This document shows, in pieces, positions 1 to 8,027 of a stretch of DNA of 64,000 nucleotides. This DNA comes from Anaerolineales bacterium (GTDB lineage: Bacteria; Chloroflexota; Anaerolineae; Anaerolineales; E44-bin32), in contig DASSGB010000207.1 in NCBI GenBank assembly GCA_035693825.1, forward strand, positions 384-64,383, written 5' to 3'. Positions within the stretch are counted from its first letter, which is position 1. Each line of letters starts with the position of its first letter. The translations under genes were made by a program, and so were the position numbers. The notes beneath the pieces are model-generated. The model was not told the DNA's origin, made no database searches, and saw nothing but the letters and a program-made list of their open reading frames with translations.

Positions 1-436
1 GCGCATACACGTCGAGCGGCACGCCGTTGTGGATGACCAGCGCCGCGCCGTTCGCCGGTCCATGGGCTCGCTCCCACCAGTCACGAACGAATTGGCTCTG
101 ATACACCACGACGTCCGCCGCCCGACGCGTGGCGCGCAGCAGCAGGTTGTTGATTTCGGCTCGAAGAAAGTGACGCAGACCCGTGCGGGCACGGCGATGG
201 ATCCAGTTCATGCCGTCCAGGCGCTGCACGACGCGAATCCCGTTCTTCTGGGCCCGGCGCACCGCGGATAGCTGACGCGTGCCACCGCTGATCAGGATGG
301 CGTCGTAGGGGAGATCTTCGAGGCGCCGCGTGACATCGTGGCCGCGCTTCTCAACCCCTGCGACGAAGCGGCGTTGAAAGCCGGCCGGGCCGGCCACGCC
401 TTCCCGCGGACCCAGAAGACACAGTCGGTGACTCAT
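1..436 (-). CDS. glycosyltransferase, GT-B fold (GT4-like), 5' part only; runs off the window start
   Basis: Own translation from ATG 436..434 stays open to nt 1: MSHRLCLLGPREGVAGPAGFQRRFVAGVEKRGHDV...VVYQSQFVRDWWERAHG, like the N-terminal half of GT4 enzymes. It lies 26 nt downstream of wecB on the same strand. It is absent from the ORF track because it is truncated. Confidence 0.5.
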   Translation of the reverse strand, partial: MSHRLCLLGPREGVAGPAGFQRRFVAGVEKRGHDVTRRLEDLPYDAILISGGTRQLSAVRRAQKNGIRVVQRLDGMNWIHRRARTGLRHFLRAEINNLLLRATRRAADVVVYQSQFVRDWWERAHGPANGAALVIHNGVPLDVYA

Positions 437-462
437 GTTGGGATCACCGCAGAGGTCTTCCG

Positions 463-1584
463 TTAAGCTGCAGCGAGCAGCGCCTCGATGATCCGCTCGG
501 CGGCATGCCCGTCGCCGAAGGGATTGACGGCGCGGGCCATGGCGGCATAGGCCTCCGAATCGTCGAGAAGGCGGCGGGTTTCACGCACGATCGCCTCAGG
601 GTCGGTGCCCACGAGTTTCGCCGTACCGGCCTCAACGGCTTCGGGCCGTTCGGTGACGCGGCGCATCACGAGCACGGGTTTGCCCAGCGCCGGCGCCTCC
701 TCCTGCAGGCCCCCGGAATCGGTCAGCACCAGCGTGCTGGCCTGAAGCAGATGCACCATGGGAAGGTAGTCGAGCGGCGCGGTCAGGCTGATGTTCGACG
801 TTCGACCCAGCCTGGCGCGCGCCGGCTCGCGGACATTGGGATTGAGGTGCACGGGATACACCAGGTGGACGTCGCCGGCATAGATCGAGGCCAGCTCGCC
901 CAACGCGGCAAAGATGTCCTCCAGCGGTTTGCCGAAGTTCTCCCGTCGATGGGCCGTCACGAGAATCAGCCGACGGTCGCGCGGGACGTCGGCCAAGGGG
1001 CCGCTGCTCCAGTCGTAGGGCCGGCGAGCGATACCCTGCAGAGCGTCGATCACCGGATTCCCGGTCACGACAACCCGGTCGGGCGGGGTGCCCTCGCGCA
1101 GCAGATTGTCCCTCGCCCAATTCGTCGGCGCGAAGTGAAGATCGGCGACAACGCCGGCGATCCGCCGGTTGATTTCCTCCGGGAAGGGCTGCCACTTGTC
1201 GCCCGTGCGAAGACCCGCCTCGACGTGGGCGACTTTGCAGCGGTGGTAGTAGGCCGACAGCGAGGCCGCCATGACGGTGGTCGTGTCGCCCTGCACCAAG
1301 ACCCAATCCGGCCGTTCGTCGCGCAGCACACCGTCCAGGGCGCGAAACAAGGAGGCCGTCAGGTCGCCCAGGGATTGGTCGGACTGCATCAAGTCGAGGT
1401 CGATGTCGGGGGAGATTCCGAACAGACTCAAGACCTGGTCGAGCATCTCGCGATGCTGGGCGGTCACACACACTCGAGATGTGACGCCCGGCGTCCACTG
1501 CAGGCGCTCGACCACCGGGGCCATCTTGACCGCCTCCGGCCGCGTCCCGAAGACGCTCAACACCTTCAACGGGCGATCAGGCAT
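463..1584 (-). CDS. wecB: UDP-N-acetylglucosamine 2-epimerase (non-hydrolysing)
   Basis: ORF 463..1608. It has KVLSVFGTRPEAVKMAPV, HVEAGLRT and TGNPVIDAL, typical of WecB/MnaA. Start placed at ATG 1584 (GGAG..GAGG upstream; avoids a 32-nt overlap with wecC). 1608 is the alternative start. Confidence 0.9.
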   Translation of the reverse strand: MPDRPLKVLSVFGTRPEAVKMAPVVERLQWTPGVTSRVCVTAQHREMLDQVLSLFGISPDIDLDLMQSDQSLGDLTASLFRALDGVLRDERPDWVLVQGDTTTVMAASLSAYYHRCKVAHVEAGLRTGDKWQPFPEEINRRIAGVVADLHFAPTNWARDNLLREGTPPDRVVVTGNPVIDALQGIARRPYDWSSGPLADVPRDRRLILVTAHRRENFGKPLEDIFAALGELASIYAGDVHLVYPVHLNPNVREPARARLGRTSNISLTAPLDYLPMVHLLQASTLVLTDSGGLQEEAPALGKPVLVMRRVTERPEAVEAGTAKLVGTDPEAIVRETRRLLDDSEAYAAMARAVNPFGDGHAAERIIEALLAAA

Positions 1585-2860
1585 TCGCCTCGCCTGCTCC
1601 CAGGACATGCAGACGGAACCCGGCCGCTTTCCAGGCGCGGCGCGAGAGTGCGCCGCGCGCGTCGAAAGCCAGCCGTCCCTTCATCGATCGGGCAACGGCG
1701 GCGGCGTCCATCGAGCGCAGCTCCCGATGGTCCACGAGCAAGACGAAGGCCTCCGCTCCGGCCAGCGCTTCCTCCAGCGTCTCGGCCGCCTCCGCCCCCT
1801 CGACCTTCGCCCCCCTCGCCATAGGCTCGTAGGTCCTCACCCTTGCGCCTCGCGCCACCAGCTGCCTCACGACTTCGATGGCCGGGCTCTCGCGCAGATC
1901 GTCCACGTCTTGTTTATAAGCCAGCCCCAACGCGGCGATCGTCTTTCCCTGCAGGCCCCCCAGAGCCTGCTGCATGCGATCGACCCACCATGCCGGCTGG
2001 CCGTCGTTGACCATCCGCGCCTGGCGAATGAGCGGCGACGCCTCCGGGGCCGCCTCCACCAGGAACCACGGGTCCACGCTGATGCAGTGCCCTCCAACGC
2101 CCGGCCCCGGGCGAAGGACCGAAACGCGAGGATGACGGTTGGCCAGGTCGATCGCTTCCCAAACATCGATCCCCAGGCGCTCCGATAATCGGGCAAATTC
2201 ATTGGCCAGGGCGATGTTGGTGTCGCGATAGGTGTTTTCCATCAACTTGACGAACTCGGCCGTGGTGGCGTCGGTCAGCAGGATCTCGCCCTTGACGAAC
2301 ACGGCATACAGATCGCGCCCGGCCTCGGCCGAGGCGCGATTGATTCCGCCGATCACCCGGGCGTTGTCGATCAGCTCGCGCAGGATCTGCCCCGGCAGGA
2401 CTCGCTCGGGTGTGTACGCCAGATAGAAATCCTCGCCGGCGCGCAGACCCGATTCTTCGAGGATGGGCGCCAGGACGTCGACCGTGGTGCGCGGCGGCGA
2501 GGTCGATTCCAGGACGACAAGACATCCCCGGCGCAGATGAGGCACGATGGACGAGGCTGCGGCGCGAACGTAGGTGAGATCCGCCGTCTGCTGGGCGGTG
2601 ATGGGTGTGGGGACGGCCAGAATGAAGGCCTCCGACGGCTCGGGCGCATCGAGGATGCGAAGATGGCCCGAACGAAAAGCGGCCTGCACGAGCGTGCGCA
2701 GGCCCGGTTCCTGAATGTGGATCTCGCCGTTGCGGAGGACATCGACCACACGCTGATTGACGTCCACCCCGACGACGCGCAGCCCGTGCGTGGCGAAAGT
2801 GCTGGCGGTGGGCAGCCCGATGTAGCCCAGGCCGAGCACACACAGCGAATGGAATTCCAC
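1577..2860 (-). CDS. wecC: UDP-N-acetyl-D-mannosamine (UDP-sugar) 6-dehydrogenase
   Basis: GTG start. N-terminal Rossmann motif LGLGYIGLP and catalytic Cys motif GPGVGGHCISVDP of the UDP-glucose/GDP-mannose dehydrogenase family. Its position directly upstream of wecB favours WecC specificity. Confidence 0.85.
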   Translation of the reverse strand: MEFHSLCVLGLGYIGLPTASTFATHGLRVVGVDVNQRVVDVLRNGEIHIQEPGLRTLVQAAFRSGHLRILDAPEPSEAFILAVPTPITAQQTADLTYVRAAASSIVPHLRRGCLVVLESTSPPRTTVDVLAPILEESGLRAGEDFYLAYTPERVLPGQILRELIDNARVIGGINRASAEAGRDLYAVFVKGEILLTDATTAEFVKLMENTYRDTNIALANEFARLSERLGIDVWEAIDLANRHPRVSVLRPGPGVGGHCISVDPWFLVEAAPEASPLIRQARMVNDGQPAWWVDRMQQALGGLQGKTIAALGLAYKQDVDDLRESPAIEVVRQLVARGARVRTYEPMARGAKVEGAEAAETLEEALAGAEAFVLLVDHRELRSMDAAAVARSMKGRLAFDARGALSRRAWKAAGFRLHVLGAGEANA

Positions 2861-2915
2861 GTGAACCTCGGAATCGCCGGGTCATTATCGCACATTCGTC
2901 GAATCGACCGCGGTC

Positions 2916-2921
2916 TATAAT
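2916..2921 (+). promoter_or_regulatory. candidate -10 hexamer TATAAT for the membrane-EEP gene (GGAGGA RBS at 2936..2941)
   Basis: The 84-nt divergent intergenic region between wecC and the EEP gene reads ggtcTATAATcccccgaccgctccGGAGGAcgcATG. Confidence 0.35.
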
Positions 2922-2944
2922 CCCCCGACCGCTCCGGAGGACGC

Positions 2945-4873
2945 ATGAGCTACGCCGGTCGTTCTATGTGGAATCGGACGACTCTGCTCGCCTTGGCCCT
3001 TCCGACCCTCGTCGTCACCATGGGCCTGCAGCTGCTGCGGGTTTACTCCCCCAGCCTGGCATGGTATCTGCGCGATACCGTCGGCGTCGGTTCGGCGACG
3101 TTGGGCGGGGTGGCCTTCGCCGCATTCCTTCCGGGCTTCTTTGCGCCGCTGATCCGGCGGGCGTTCGGCTCGCGCGGCAGCCTATGGTTCGCCGCCGGCG
3201 GCGTGGCGCTTCTCCGCCTTGCAGAGCAGATCTCGAGGAGTCCGGCGGCCGATCTGTGGTTCAGCCTGACCGGCACCACGTGCTTCGTTCTGTTCGTTTC
3301 GCTTTTCATCGCCCATGCGCGATCCCTGGGCGGGGATCCTGGCTACCGGTGGGCCGGCGGCTTTCTGCTGGGGATCGCCCTCGACAGCATGATCAAAGGT
3401 GCCGCACGTTCCCTGGACCTGAGTTGGATTCCCGGCCCCGCCCCGATCGTGATCATGGCCGTGCTGGTGGTGCTGGTCTTCCTGCTTCTGCGCGGCGAGC
3501 CCGCTCCGGATCGCGGCGCCCATTCGGATGTGACCTGGGGAGAAGCCATACCCCTCCTCATGCCGGGATCGATCATTCTCCTGGGTTCCATGCTCCTGCA
3601 AAACCAGGGCTGGATCTCCCAGGTGTCGGGGCTTTCAGGGTCGATGGCTTTCGTGGTGATCCTTCTCGGGAACCTTGCGGCCCTGGCGGGATTCCTGGCA
3701 GCGCAAGCCTGGCCGCGATGGTTCCGCCCGGTATCGGTCCTGGCGGCGGCCGCGGTCGTCGTGTTCGTCACCCTCGTCGCCATTGCCGCGGGCAGTCTGT
3801 TCCCCCTGGCGGTCCTCGTCGCGCAGGCGCTCCTGGGCTGGGGGCTGAGGTTGGTCTCCCTGGCATCTCAAGCTTCGCGGCCGGGGGTTGGCCGGACGTC
3901 GGCGATGGTGACGACCGGGCTCATCCTGTATCTGTTGCTGTCCTTCATCTACTACGTTTCCCTCGACCTTCCTCTCCCCATGCCGCGGGAGGCCGTCCTG
4001 CCGGCGGCGGCGCTGGTTGCGGGCCTGGCGATGCTCGTCGCCACGAAGGGCGCCCAACGGGCCAACGCTGTGTACGATCGAACGCTTCTCACGCCGGGAC
4101 TCGTCCTCGCTCTCCTGGGCGCGGCGGTGGCCCTCCTGGGCGGCCGGGCTGCAGAAAACCGCGCCGACGACGGACGCCTGCTGGTGATGACCTACAACAT
4201 TCACTCTTCCGTCGATACCCAAGGCCGCCTCGATCCGGAAGCCATCGCCCAGGTGATCGAGGCCAGCGGCGCCGACATCGTTGCCCTGCAGGAGATCTCG
4301 CGCGGCTGGCTGATCGATGGCGCCACGGATATGGTCGATTGGCTCTCCCGCCGGCTGGGAATGCAGATCTTCTTCGTCGGCACGGCCGATCCGATCTGGG
4401 GCAATGCCTTGCTCAGCCGCCGCGGCTTCCTCGAGACGGGCTCGTCGCCGCTGCCTCTCGCCGGAACGCTCCTCCCGCGCGGGTTCGTCTGGGCCCGCAT
4501 CCCTGTCGACGCCGGAGAACCCTGGCTTGTGGTGGGCACCCATTTGCATCACATCGACCAAGAACCCGGGCCGCGTCTCGAGCAGCTCGAGGTCATCCTC
4601 GAGTTCCTCGAAGGGAACCCGCGCACCCTGCTGCTGGGCGACCTCAACTCGGAGCCGACCTGGCCCGAAATGGATCTCCCGCGGGAGGCTGGGCTGATCG
4701 ACGCCTGGGCCGAGGCCGGGGAGGGTCCCGGCCTCACATGGCCGGCGGACACGCCCATTCAGCGACTCGACTACATCTTGCACACGTCCGATCTGCACGT
4801 GCTTTCCGTCGAGATCCTGGATGCGACCGCGTCCGATCACAAACCCGTACTGGCCGAATTCAGTCTCCCTTGA
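2945..4873 (+). CDS. polytopic membrane protein fused to a C-terminal endonuclease/exonuclease/phosphatase (EEP) domain
   Basis: 642 aa. About 400 aa of hydrophobic helices are followed by LLVMTYNIHSSVD...GADIVALQEISRGW...GTHLHH...LLLGDLNSEP...ASDHKPVLAEF, the conserved EEP catalytic blocks (N, E, D-N, D-H). Confidence 0.75.
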   Translation: MSYAGRSMWNRTTLLALALPTLVVTMGLQLLRVYSPSLAWYLRDTVGVGSATLGGVAFAAFLPGFFAPLIRRAFGSRGSLWFAAGGVALLRLAEQISRSPAADLWFSLTGTTCFVLFVSLFIAHARSLGGDPGYRWAGGFLLGIALDSMIKGAARSLDLSWIPGPAPIVIMAVLVVLVFLLLRGEPAPDRGAHSDVTWGEAIPLLMPGSIILLGSMLLQNQGWISQVSGLSGSMAFVVILLGNLAALAGFLAAQAWPRWFRPVSVLAAAAVVVFVTLVAIAAGSLFPLAVLVAQALLGWGLRLVSLASQASRPGVGRTSAMVTTGLILYLLLSFIYYVSLDLPLPMPREAVLPAAALVAGLAMLVATKGAQRANAVYDRTLLTPGLVLALLGAAVALLGGRAAENRADDGRLLVMTYNIHSSVDTQGRLDPEAIAQVIEASGADIVALQEISRGWLIDGATDMVDWLSRRLGMQIFFVGTADPIWGNALLSRRGFLETGSSPLPLAGTLLPRGFVWARIPVDAGEPWLVVGTHLHHIDQEPGPRLEQLEVILEFLEGNPRTLLLGDLNSEPTWPEMDLPREAGLIDAWAEAGEGPGLTWPADTPIQRLDYILHTSDLHVLSVEILDATASDHKPVLAEFSLP

Positions 4874-4910
4874 GACGTCCTTCATTTGACGCCTAGGTAG
4901 GCGCCGGAGC

Positions 4911-5027
4911 CAGTGGTCAGTGGTTAGTGGTCAGTGGTCAGAATTCGTCCCAGTGCTGGAGGCGGAAGAACTGAACGCCGAAAGCTGAACGCTGAAAGCT
5001 GAAGACTGATGCCTGATGACTGATGGC
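4911..5027. repeat. composite heptamer tandem-repeat element: (CAGTGGT)x4 - CAGAATTC - spacer - (GCTGAAN/NCTGATG)x6
   Basis: Read directly: CAGTGGTCAGTGGTTAGTGGTCAGTGGTCAGAATTC...GCTGAACGCTGAAAGCTGAAGACTGATGCCTGATGACTGATGG. An inverted copy lies at 10081..10168. Confidence 0.85.
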
Positions 5028-5076
5028 TGCCCAAGGTACAATACATCCTCGTTCTCCCCTCCCTGAGCGGAGTTCC

Positions 5077-6015
5077 ATGAGGTCGCAAGTGCAAAGCGCC
5101 TGGCGCGTTCTCGTCGCCGACGGGATGACGGACGATGCCCTGAGACGGCTGCGGCAGGAGGCTCAGGTGATCGAAGCCGGGCTGGAAGCCGCCACCGACG
5201 TCGATGCCATCATCGTGCGCGGAGGCTCGCGGGTCACGGCCGAGGTCATCTCGCGGGCGGGGCCCCGCCTTCGAGTTGTTGGGCGCGCCGGCGTGGGCGT
5301 CGACAATATCGACCTCGAAGCCGCCCGCCGGGCCGGCGTGGCCGTGGTGAATGCGCCTCTGTCGTCGACCCTGTCGGTCGCCGAGCACGTGTTGGCGCTG
5401 ATGTTCGCCCTGGCTCGCAGGATCCCGGCCGGCGATGCCAGCCTGCGTCGAGGCGAGTGGCGCAAGGCGGAGCTCGAAGGCAGCGAGCTCTTCGACAAGA
5501 CTCTGGGCGTCCTCGGCCTGGGACGGATCGGACGGGCGGTGGCGCAGCGGGCGGCCGCCCTGGGCATGCGCGTCGTGGGCCATGATCCGCTGATCTCCGC
5601 CGAGGCCATTCGGCAGGCAGGCGCCACGCCGGTCGATTTCGACACGCTGCTCGAAGAATCCGATTACATCAGCCTGCATGTGCCGCTCGACGAGCAGACC
5701 CGCGGGCTGTTGGGAGCCGACGAGTTGCAGAAGATGAAGCCCGGAGCTCGCGTGATTTCCACCTCACGCGGAGGAATTGTCGACGAGACAGCCCTGCTCC
5801 AGGCACTGGAGAGCGGGCGTCTCGCCGGCGCTGCCCTGGATGTCTTCGAACGCGAACCGCCGGGAGCCAGCCCGCTTCTGCAGCACCCGGCGGTCGTCGT
5901 GACGCCGCATATCGCCGCCCAGACAGCCGAGGCCCAGACGCGTGCATCGGCAGACATCGCCGCCGAAGTCCTGGCGGCCTTGCGGGGCGAACCTTTGCGC
6001 TGGCGCGTCGTCTGA
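5077..6015 (+). CDS. D-isomer-specific 2-hydroxyacid dehydrogenase (short phosphoglycerate-dehydrogenase-like, no ACT domain)
   Basis: NAD motif GVLGLGRIGRAVAQRA, plus SLHVPL, SRGGIVDE and TPHIAAQT. Start moved to ATG 5077 because ORF-track start 5023 lies inside the heptamer repeat. Confidence 0.8.
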   Translation: MRSQVQSAWRVLVADGMTDDALRRLRQEAQVIEAGLEAATDVDAIIVRGGSRVTAEVISRAGPRLRVVGRAGVGVDNIDLEAARRAGVAVVNAPLSSTLSVAEHVLALMFALARRIPAGDASLRRGEWRKAELEGSELFDKTLGVLGLGRIGRAVAQRAAALGMRVVGHDPLISAEAIRQAGATPVDFDTLLEESDYISLHVPLDEQTRGLLGADELQKMKPGARVISTSRGGIVDETALLQALESGRLAGAALDVFEREPPGASPLLQHPAVVVTPHIAAQTAEAQTRASADIAAEVLAALRGEPLRWRVV

Positions 6016-6040
6016 CGCCCGCGCCGACAACGAGGCTTGC

Positions 6041-7549
6041 ATGGGAAAACACTTGGAACAACTACGCCAGTTGCTGGGAGAGGTGTTCGACCTGAGAGCG
6101 GCCTCCGCCGTCCTGCAGTGGGATCAACAGGTCAACATGCCCTCCGGCGGGGCGGCCAACCGCGCTTCGCAGCTCGCCACGCTGGAAGGCTTGGCCCATA
6201 CCAAGTTCACCTCGGATGAGTTGGGCCAGGCTCTGGAGGCGGCTCAAGGCGAAGCCGCTTCCCTCGACCCGGATGCGGACGATCCGCGCCTCGTCCGCAA
6301 GGTGCGCCGGGACTACGACAAGGCGCGCAAGGTGCCGACGGATTTCGTCGCCGAGTTCGCCCGCGTCTCCGCCCTGGCCCAGGAAACCTGGACGCGGGCT
6401 CGTCCGGCCAACGACTACGCTTCCTTCCGGCCGCATCTCCAGCGCGTTTTCGAGATGCGCCGGCAGTACGCCGATTTCTTCGCGCCCTTCGATCACCGTT
6501 ACGACGCCATGCTCGATGACTTCGAACCGGGCCTCAAGTCGGCCCAGGTCAGGGCTGTCTTCGATGAGCTGCGGCCGCGCCAGGTGGCTCTGGTGCGCGC
6601 CATTCAGGAGCGGGGCCGTCCGGTGGATGACGCCTTCCTGCACCTCGAATACGACGTTCAGAAGCAGTGGGACTTCGGAATGGAAGTCGCCCGCGCCTAC
6701 GGATACGACTTCGAGCGCGGGCGCCAGGACAAATCCGCCCATCCTTTCACCACCACCTTCGGCCTGGGCGACGTTCGTATCACAACCCGCTTCTACCCGA
6801 ACCTGCTGACGTCGTCCATCTTCAGCACGATGCACGAGACCGGCCATGCCCTCTACGATCAGGGCTCGCGGCCCGAGCTGGATCGCACGCCACTCCTCGG
6901 CGGTACCTCGCTGGCGATTCACGAGTCGCAGTCACGCATGTGGGAAAACTTCGTCGGTCGCAGCCGCTCCTTCTGGACCGCCTTCCTGCCGCGCCTCAAG
7001 ACCTACTTCCCCACCCAGCTCGGCTCGGTCGATCTGGACGCCTTCTACCGCGCCATCAACAAGGTCGAACCCTCCCTCATCCGTGTCGAAGCGGACGAAG
7101 CCACCTACAACCTGCACATCATGCTGCGCTTCGATCTCGAGCTGGCTCTGGCCGAAGGCAACCTGGACGTGCGTGATCTGCCCGAGCAGTGGAACGCCAA
7201 GATGCGCGAGTATCTGGGCTTGACCCCGCCCAACGACTCGCAGGGCGTGATGCAGGACGTGCACTGGTCCACCGGCCTGATGGGCTACTTCCCCACCTAC
7301 GCCCTGGGCAACCTTGTCGCCGCCCAGCTGTGGGAACGCATCCACGCCGACCTGCCCCGGCTCAAGGACGAGATCGCTCGGGGCCAGTTCGGCTCGCTGC
7401 TGGCCTGGCTGCGCGAACACATCCACCAGCACGGAGGCAAGTTCGAACCGGTCGAGTTGCTGCAGCGAGTCGTCGGATCCGGGCTGTCCGCCCAGCCGTA
7501 TCTGCGCTATCTCGAAACCAAGTTCAGCGAAATCTACGGACTGAGCTGA
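6041..7549 (+). CDS. carboxypeptidase Taq-type metallopeptidase (family M32)
   Basis: HETGHALYDQG (HExxH zinc site), HESQSRMWEN, IRVEADEATYNLHI and DVHWS are M32 hallmarks. Start at MGKHLEQL (ATG 6041). Confidence 0.9.
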   Translation: MGKHLEQLRQLLGEVFDLRAASAVLQWDQQVNMPSGGAANRASQLATLEGLAHTKFTSDELGQALEAAQGEAASLDPDADDPRLVRKVRRDYDKARKVPTDFVAEFARVSALAQETWTRARPANDYASFRPHLQRVFEMRRQYADFFAPFDHRYDAMLDDFEPGLKSAQVRAVFDELRPRQVALVRAIQERGRPVDDAFLHLEYDVQKQWDFGMEVARAYGYDFERGRQDKSAHPFTTTFGLGDVRITTRFYPNLLTSSIFSTMHETGHALYDQGSRPELDRTPLLGGTSLAIHESQSRMWENFVGRSRSFWTAFLPRLKTYFPTQLGSVDLDAFYRAINKVEPSLIRVEADEATYNLHIMLRFDLELALAEGNLDVRDLPEQWNAKMREYLGLTPPNDSQGVMQDVHWSTGLMGYFPTYALGNLVAAQLWERIHADLPRLKDEIARGQFGSLLAWLREHIHQHGGKFEPVELLQRVVGSGLSAQPYLRYLETKFSEIYGLS

Positions 7550-7556
7550 GCTCTCG

Positions 7557-7621
7557 CTCAACCCCTCTCCCGCGGAGCGGCCGAAGGTCCCCGAAGGGGG
7601 GAGAGGGGTTGGGGTGAGGGC
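7557..7621. repeat. G-rich palindromic intergenic element (CCCCTCTCCC...GGGAGAGGGGTTGGGGTGAGGGC family)
   Basis: CTCAACCCCTCTCCCGCGGAGCGGCCGAAGGTCCCCGAAGGGGGGAGAGGGGTTGGGGTGAGGGC. Related copies at 22304..22366, 22537..22579, 26457..26499 and 54438..54497. Confidence 0.85.
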
Positions 7622-7655
7622 AACATTGCCGACTGATACAATCCGCGCCACGCCG

Positions 7656-8021
7656 ATGCCGACTCTCGAAATCCTCCACGCCCGCCTGGCCGACAGCCTT
7701 CTCATCTTCATGGCCATAGCCGGTCTCTGGTGTCTGATCGCCGCCTTGCGCGGGCAAGGCATCAGCTCACAAACGTGGGGCATCCTGGCAATCGGCGCGC
7801 TCCTGGCTCTGGCGCAGGCGGCCCTGGGCCTGATGCTCTACCTCGGCGGAGATCGACCGGCACGCGGCATCCACATCCTGTATGGAGCCGTCGCCGTCCT
7901 CGGTTTACCGGCGTACTATGCGCTGAGTCATGGCCGCGATGACCGTCGCGCGGCCTGGACGTACGCCCTGCTGTGTCTGTTTCTTGCCGGCATCAGCCTG
8001 CGGGCCGCGACCACGGCCTAG
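7656..8021 (+). CDS. small 4-TM membrane protein, unknown function
   Basis: Four hydrophobic helices (LLIFMAIAGLWCLIAAL, WGILAIGALLALAQAALGLMLYL, ILYGAVAVLGLPAYYAL, YALLCLFLAGISL). Start placed at ATG 7656, downstream of the palindromic repeat. Confidence 0.5.
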   Translation: MPTLEILHARLADSLLIFMAIAGLWCLIAALRGQGISSQTWGILAIGALLALAQAALGLMLYLGGDRPARGIHILYGAVAVLGLPAYYALSHGRDDRRAAWTYALLCLFLAGISLRAATTA

Positions 8022-8027
8022 CTCCCC

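Noticed and set aside
29-271. 80-aa plus-strand ORF at the window start
   Set aside because: It is antisense to the glycosyltransferase fragment, whose minus-strand frame is open across the whole interval and continues the wecC-wecB operon.
2968-4896. Second 642-aa ORF in an alternative plus-strand frame over the membrane-EEP gene
   Set aside because: The translation is Arg/Pro/Gly-rich and low-complexity. The 2945 frame gives coherent TM helices and complete EEP catalytic blocks.
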